Shown one piece after another: positions 56,869 to 64,000 of a stretch of 64,000 nucleotides of DNA. Position 1 is the first letter of the stretch; every line of letters starts with the position of its first letter. Source of the stretch: Octopus sinensis (lineage: Eukaryota); the NCBI RefSeq assembly GCF_006345805.1, contig NC_043009.1, positions 6,386,001 to 6,450,000 of the forward strand, written 5' to 3'. The notes beneath the pieces are model-generated. The model did no database searches. It saw nothing but the letters and a program-made list of their open reading frames with translations, and was not told the origin of the DNA. A program made the position numbers and the translations under genes.

Positions 56869-56900
<32 letters not shown>

Positions 56901-57096
56901 ATATCAATAAACATATTTATTTTTATATGTGTGTATGCATTTGTGAATGTGTGTATCATGCTCATAGATACGCTCACACACACACACATATATATGTATA
57001 TATATATGTATGTGTATATATATAGATATACACATGTATATTCGTTTACATATAAAAAGATACATATATACATACGTTTACTTACATACACGTAAA

Positions 57097-57137
<41 letters not shown>

Positions 57138-57499
57138 CCCGTATATACGCACACACACGCACACACGCACACATACACATATTACTCCACATATTTTTGT
57201 TTACTCTACACATAAATAAATACAGACTTTTCCCTTTCTAAATTATTTTCTGCCAAATTATATATTCCCTTGAAATGTTTTATTCAATTCTTATTTTCTC
57301 AAAGTCGTCTCGTGAATATTTATTCTATTTAACATTTCAGATTTTTGCTACTATTTTTATTTTTCTGTTCTGATTTATCTCTTTACTATTGTTTTTTTTT
57401 TTTTTGCTTCAGTTTTATAAAAACTGATTGACTGTTGTATGTTTGCTGTTGTTATTATTAGTATTACAAATGGTGACCAATTGTTGAATGTGGAAAATT

Positions 57500-57946
57500 G
57501 ATTTGTGTATATGTATATATAGATACACATACACACACAGACACACACACACGCATACTTACATACAGACATAAATACATACGTACACATGTATACATAT
57601 ATATATAGATACATAGATGCATACACACACACACATATATATACATATATGTACACATTGGGTGAGAGAAAGATGTGCGTACACATCTGTATATATATAT
57701 ATATATGTAAATACATTATATATATGTATATATATATGTATGTGTATATATATACACATATATATGCATACGTATATGTCTATATATACATATAGATATA
57801 TATGTGCATATATAGATGCATATGTATATATATATATATATATACACACACATATGTAAATATATATATATATGTATGTACATACATATATATATATATA
57901 ATATATATATGTACACATATGTACATATATATATATATATATATAC

Positions 57947-57994
<48 letters not shown>

Positions 57995-58049
57995 TATATG
58001 TATATATATATATGTATGTATGTATATATATATATACATACATATATAT

Positions 58050-58082
<33 letters not shown>

Positions 58083-58100
58083 GCATACATATGCTTACAC
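57500..58100. repeat. Compound (TA)/(CA)/(TACA) microsatellite field (similar fields at ~8855-9085, 19080-19440, 20175-20785, 26490-26740, 41750-41960, 56570-57180, 61620-61980)
   Basis: Directly visible. Confidence 0.95.
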
Positions 58101-59402
58101 ATTATGTTGTCGATATTTTGATATAAACGGACTCTCCCCGTTCACAAAGATGGGAGCAACTCACTACACACCACTATGCATCCACTGAATTATAAATCTG
58201 ATACTTTACTCTCTAGCGAATATAAATATAAATGCTTACAGACATTGAGTGTCATACTAGCGGGAGACTGTTGTTAACTTGACGAGATTCACAATCATTA
58301 TTTCTTTACACTGCCCGGCACTGGGAACGCTTTCTTACATTTTCTCCCATACCAGCAGAGAAGGCTTTATTTTCAATAGTTATATTTTTCAATGATAGGA
58401 ATGGCTGTGTGATAAGTAGCTTACTTCGTAAGCACATGTGGTGGTCCCACATGGTGTTTGCTTCCCATCAACGTTTGGCACTCGGGGTTGGTGTGTTTAT
58501 ATCGCCGTGACTTGGCAGAGGTTTGTTTGGTCTTAGACTATAATAGAATAAACGTGCTCAAAGGCGCCACGCAGTAAGACTGAAACCAGAATTATGCGGT
58601 CAGAAAGCTAGATTTTTAAAAGATAGCCACAGTTTCCGTCTGCGAAATTCCTTCACAATGCATTGGAAGATCCGGGGTTATAATAACAGCGGTCTACTTT
58701 GCCCATGATACCGAGCAGTGTCACTGAGCAGAAAAGCAAATCGAGCTTCGGTCTTCTCTCTCTTCCTCCAATTAAATGACTAAAAAATCTACTTGTTCAC
58801 AACTTTTCGGCATTGTTGGCCTTCTTCAAGTAGCTTCTTTCTATTAGATTGGAACAGATGTCTTAATAAGCTAAATTGAATCTGTATTTCTAAATAAAGA
58901 GCAGCTTATTCTTTTAAATTTGTGTTAATCATTTTACGATTCTAAGTTCAGCTTCTAAGATTTTTTTTAAATACTTACCATTCTTCGATGCCGTAAAGGT
59001 AGGACCGCCTTCAAAGTTCAAAGGCCACCGAAGTCGACTTTACCGATCGGCCTCTCAGGGTTAGTAAAATCCATGTCTTTGTCCCAAAATTTGAAATCGT
59101 ATTTATCATTCTCTTTCTCTTGTAACTCATGCTAATTTACATCGATTATAATGGTTTCCTCTGTTGATGGTTGCTTGTCCCCTTGGTGGCCTTGATTTCA
59201 AAACAATATAATGTTTCTTTAACGGTGTGTATATTAACGTTTGAACAGCTTGAATGTTTATCAGTTCATCATTTCAAGTCTCGAACTATCTTCAACTACC
59301 TCTAGGCAAATCGCATGAAGTGTAATTGCTTCCTTACTACTAAAAATGTGTACGGATTTCCGGCTTTGTCAATTACGTGTTTAATATAATTTAACCTCAA
59401 CG

Positions 59403-59630
59403 CTGCGAGCTGGCAGAATCATTAGTACGCCAAGCAAAATGCTTAGTAGAATTTCGTTCATTTTTACGTTCTGAGTTCAAATTCCGCTGCGGTTGACTTT
59501 GTCATTCAGCCTTCTGGTATAGATAATTACCACTCGAGCACTGGATTCGATTGCATCAACTTAAACCCCAGCCTTGCAGGGTTTAAATTGATAAGAACTT
59601 GCTGACCCTGTGCCAAATTTTGAAACCACT
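59403..59630 (+). mobile_element. SINE family A, degenerate
   Basis: gcgagctggcagaatc..acgttctgagttcaaattccgc..tgtgccaaattttgaaacc. Confidence 0.83.
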
Positions 59631-60199
59631 ATAAGATGACCCCAAAACGAAGGCTGCATAGGGAATTTATGTTTTGGGAGTCTTACGGTTTTAGATACTT
59701 CTTCCTTGTTGTATCATTAGTTCAGAAAAGATCTAGAGGGAGAAGAAGGAAATTGAAACAAAGAACGAAAATGTTTTATTCTCTCAGAAGACCAGCAATT
59801 CCCTAAACTTCGGAATTCGCTTCACTTTACAGAAATCGCTTAACTAAAACTTACAGCTGTCACTATTTCATTATGGCGTACACAAGCCAAGGCGTATTTC
59901 GTCTGACTCATTATTTTTCTTCTACGATAGAAAAATGTGTTGTTATTTACATATCAGTTTGTACATCGAGACCTATGTTACACATTAAGTACACATAAAA
60001 AAGAAATAGAAACTCCGATATTTTTATATTTCGATTCTATTCTAGATATATTCGGCAATACACTTGCTACTCATTTAACATCGACTAACAACTTCATGGC
60101 GATTTCATGTACACGGCCGCTATTACGTCATGGCGTTTCCAAACATATATAACCATCTTACATCTGCTTCAAACACAATTATTCCAGCAAATTAAAGTT

Positions 60200-60950
60200 G
60201 TGTTTATTTGGATAAATGACATAGCATGTACGATAAAGTGTCCGAGTCTCATATAATTATAGTGACAGAGTAAACATACTGAAACCAAATAAAGCTTGAT
60301 GATTACAAATTACCTTGTTGCCCGGATTAGATGTTTCGTTTTAAATCGAAGCTACACTGTTTGTAGCAATATAATTGCCCATCAATAGCGTAGCAATACA
60401 GTAGTTTACTCTGATAATTGTTCTTTAGCATAGAACCAATTATAACATATGCTACCTTGGCATGTGTTATATGTCAAGATTCTGCCAGGGAAATTAACTT
60501 CGTTCAAGATGAAAGTGAGAATATTTCATGCAAATCTAGGACTACTTATATTCTGAAAAGTATATGTAGACCGCCTCACCACGGTGATAGCCTCAGATTT
60601 TATATTCCGTTCAAAAGTGTCGCCTGGGAAACAAGACACGTAAAATATACAAATATTCCCTAGATAACACAAAATCCAAGTCGCTATTATAGATAGAAAA
60701 CCAACAGCACCAAAATAGGAAACGCACATGAATATACAGACATACAATATCATTTCAGACGTCAGGATAAATGTATATTTTTACAATTATATATTCTTCA
60801 ATATTGAAGATATCGTTGGGTCAATGGTTAAATTTGAAGGACTGGACTGCTAGAAATGCAATATATATATATATATATAATATATATATATATATAAACA
60901 CACATATATATATATATAAACACACATATATATACACACACACGTATATA

Positions 60951-60992
<42 letters not shown>

Positions 60993-61323
60993 ATAGAAAT
61001 GGAAAGACAATTTAACTGTAAATGTAATATGTGACAATTCGGTAGCCATGATAAAACTCCGAGTTTCGGACGTCGGGTTGGGAATCCACGCCGCTATCTT
61101 TTCAGTTATGCGGCCATCAGAAAAAGTACTATGAAAATCTTGAAAGTAAAAATTAGAGACCTTATTAAGCGTTTCCGATGGCCGGATAACCGAAGAGATG
61201 GTGGCGTGGATTTCCACCCCGACATCCAAAACTCTGAATTTTATCATGGCTACCGAATTGTCACATGTTACATTTACAGTTAAATTCCTCTATTTACATA
61301 GTATCGAGGTCACATATTACATT

Positions 61324-61356
<33 letters not shown>

Positions 61357-61726
61357 ATGTGTGTGTGTGTGTGTATAGAGATAGAGGGAGTGAAAAAGAG
61401 AGAGAGTAAAAAAGTTTTCGTCAAGTGCAGTATGTATTACGAGTGTTTAGTTTGGTTTACCGACGAAACTCCGACTTGAACTGCAACTGAAAATTATGAT
61501 ATTGAGACTGCCTGGTAAAGCTGGCTAGAAGTGGTTTCTTCTTGAGCGGATCGATGTAGTTTAAAATAAAAAAGAAATTGAAAAAGCAAATCATTTAGCA
61601 TCTCTCAAAATTTATTTTAGACATATATGTATATAGATCGACAGATAGATAAATAGATAGATAGATATATAGATATATATAGATATATAGATATATAGAT
61701 ATATGATATATAGATAGGTGGATACA

Positions 61727-61802
<76 letters not shown>

Positions 61803-61929
61803 CAAATATATATGTCTATATACATATGTATGTACATATATATTCATGTATATATATAGATATATACACACACACGTATATATACATATAGATATAAATA
61901 TATTGTGGTATATTATATATGTGTGTATG

Positions 61930-61973
<44 letters not shown>

Positions 61974-62140
61974 ATATATATGTAAATTCGATTACTTACT
62001 CGTATGTATCCACATCATACCTTAGTAGAAATGTCTCCCTAGCACGTCAAACTCAATAAATATAAAATCACGCCGTATCAATTTTTTAAAAACTATTTTA
62101 CATAACATAACTTATCGAATTTTGTAATATAAAGTCGTGA
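60200..62140 (+). pseudogene. GPCR-like pseudogene copy M (ectodomain; may continue beyond the window)
   Basis: A single frame from 60301 reads DYKLPCCPD*..HCL*QYNCP..ITYATLACVICQ..ISC..ICRPPHHGDSLRFY with five in-frame stops before ORF 60418-60663; IACTIKC upstream; HNITYR at ~62101. Confidence 0.55.
61009..61287. mobile_element. Palindromic Penelope-type terminal element with a hammerhead-like motif in each arm
   Basis: Arms 61009-61122 and 61172-61287 are reverse complements. Minus ATAA-CTGAAAA..GAAAC-TCGGA-GTT-TTAT (61051-61109); plus ATAA-CCGAAGA..AAAAC-TCTGA-ATT-TTAT (61186-61244). Confidence 0.72.
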
Positions 62141-62373
62141 GAACGTTAGAAAACTTGGAGTAAATTCAATTTCGTTGTTCACCTAACAGTAAAATATATA
62201 CTTACGCTTAATATAGTTCTTATAATTTAGTCTCTCTTATATTTTAACATTTTTTTTTTAAATCTGAGCACGAAGTGAAAGATTGAATGGTCAACAAATT
62301 TACGTGTACGTGATTTTATACTTATTTATGCATATATATATATACATTATTATATATATATATATATAAATAT

Positions 62374-62417
<44 letters not shown>

Positions 62418-62519
62418 TAATATAATAATGATAATAATATTAATAATAATAATAATAATAATAATTTAATAATAATAATAATAATATTAATAATAATAAT
62501 AATAATATAATAATATTAA

Positions 62520-62569
<50 letters not shown>

Positions 62570-62589
62570 TAATAATAATAATAATAATA

Positions 62590-62621
<32 letters not shown>
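62418..62621. repeat. (AAT)n microsatellite
   Basis: Directly visible. Confidence 0.95.
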
Positions 62622-63629
62622 GATGCAGAACCAGGCAGTGGCTCTCATGGCTCTGATCTTAACTGATTGAAGTGTTATCACGAGCAGAGTAGTGGGGGAG
62701 CATCATAGCCATGTGTTGAGAGGGATTTGTTTGGGTTTGAATAGTTCACCTCTGGAAACATGGGGGTTCTTTCAACATCCTTAAACAACCCTTATTCAGG
62801 GACCGTTTGAGCGGGATGGGCTACTCAACCTGAAGAAAATTCTAACGGGCCCCACTGCAAGGTCATGTGCTGTTTATCTTGATATGAGATCACCATGTCG
62901 CGCACATATGGTTGTGATGCATGTGCCTGGTGTACCTTTATCAGACGGGTAGTCATGATGGGTATATTGGGCTTCGTATATTTTACCCCAGTGTCACTTT
63001 GATGGCATGAACTGCTCTCTCACTCAATAATAATAATAATAATAATAATAATAATTATTATTATTATAATAAATGCCCTGATGCAGTACCAGGCAGTGGC
63101 TCTCATGGCTTCTGATCTTAACTGATTGGAAGTGTTATCATGTACATTGTTTTGTCTTGGTATAAAAGATGGGCTACAGTAAATATTCTGCTCAATACCA
63201 CAGATTTGCTTGTCAGTTGTTTGACCTTAACCAGTTGAACATGTCCCTTAGTGGCTGACGATATGTGCATCTCTGATCACGAGCAGAAGTAGTGGGGGAG
63301 CATCATAGCCATGTGTTGAGAGGGATTCTTTGGGGTTTGAATAATTCACCTCTGGAAACATGGGTAGTTCTTTCAACATCCTTAAACAACCCTTATTCAG
63401 GAACCGTTTGAGCGGGATGGGCTACTCAACCTGAAGAAAATTCTAATTGGGCCCCACCTGCAAGGGCATGTGCTGTTTATCCTGATATGAGATCACCATG
63501 TCGCTCACATATGGTTGTGATGCATGTGCCTGGTGTACTCTTGTCAGACGGGTAGTCATGATGGGTATATTGGGCTTCGTATATTTTACCCCAGTGTCAC
63601 TTTGATGGCATGAACTGCACTCTCACTCA
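62622..63629 (+). mobile_element. Two tandem copies of a ~560 bp non-coding retroposon-like repeat embedded in (AAT)n
   Basis: 62622-63027 and 63072-63629 are near-identical, and each ends ctctcactcaataataat; the first lacks ~160 bp. Confidence 0.85.
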
Positions 63630-63799
63630 ATAATAATAACAATAACAATTTTTGCGACAGAATCGGGTACTTCAAAAGATATGCACTACTTAGGGTTTGA
63701 TAAACCCTGTGGTAACGTTCCCATTCTTATATTTTTAAAAATGCGTATGAAACAGCTGTAATGAGCTGACAATTATCCACGCCTGTTATTAATCATTTG

Positions 63800-63843
<44 letters not shown>

Positions 63844-63934
63844 CAGACAAACAGACAGAGGTAGATAGAGAGATATATGGATGGATAGATGGATGGAAAG
63901 ATAGATTGCTAAATAGATAGACAGATAGATAGAC

Positions 63935-63982
<48 letters not shown>

Positions 63983-64000
63983 TATTATATATATATATAT

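Overview
AT-rich eukaryotic DNA, dense in microsatellites and SINEs. The SINE families and the (TA)n/(GATA)n/(ATAC)n load suggest an octopod cephalopod (inference from recognised repeat sequences, not a database hit). Nearly all ORF-track entries are microsatellite or SINE artefacts, and I find no intact protein-coding gene. However, reading the non-repeat spacers in all six frames, across stops and frameshifts, repeatedly gives the same ordered series of motifs: somatomedin-B-like Cys box (C..C..CxCDxxC..CCxD), then Y/F-x-I-x-K-C-P, Y-x-N-x-x-C-x-x-C, C..RPP..R-x-C, V/K-I-C, and class-B/7tm_2-type TM1-TM7 signatures. I read the window as a tandem graveyard of about 13 heavily decayed SMB-ectodomain, Methuselah/adhesion-like class-B GPCR pseudogenes, in strand blocks (-,-,-,-,-,+,+,+,+,+,-,-,+). 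This call rests on manual motif recognition and needs HMM or tBLASTn confirmation; copy boundaries are approximate. Superimposed are a decayed Penelope-like retroelement, several Penelope-type terminal or palindromic fragments with hammerhead-ribozyme cores, two L1/Tx1-type 3' ends nested in a (GATA)n array, RTE fragments, foldback/MITE-like inverted repeats, many tRNA-derived SINEs and long simple repeats.
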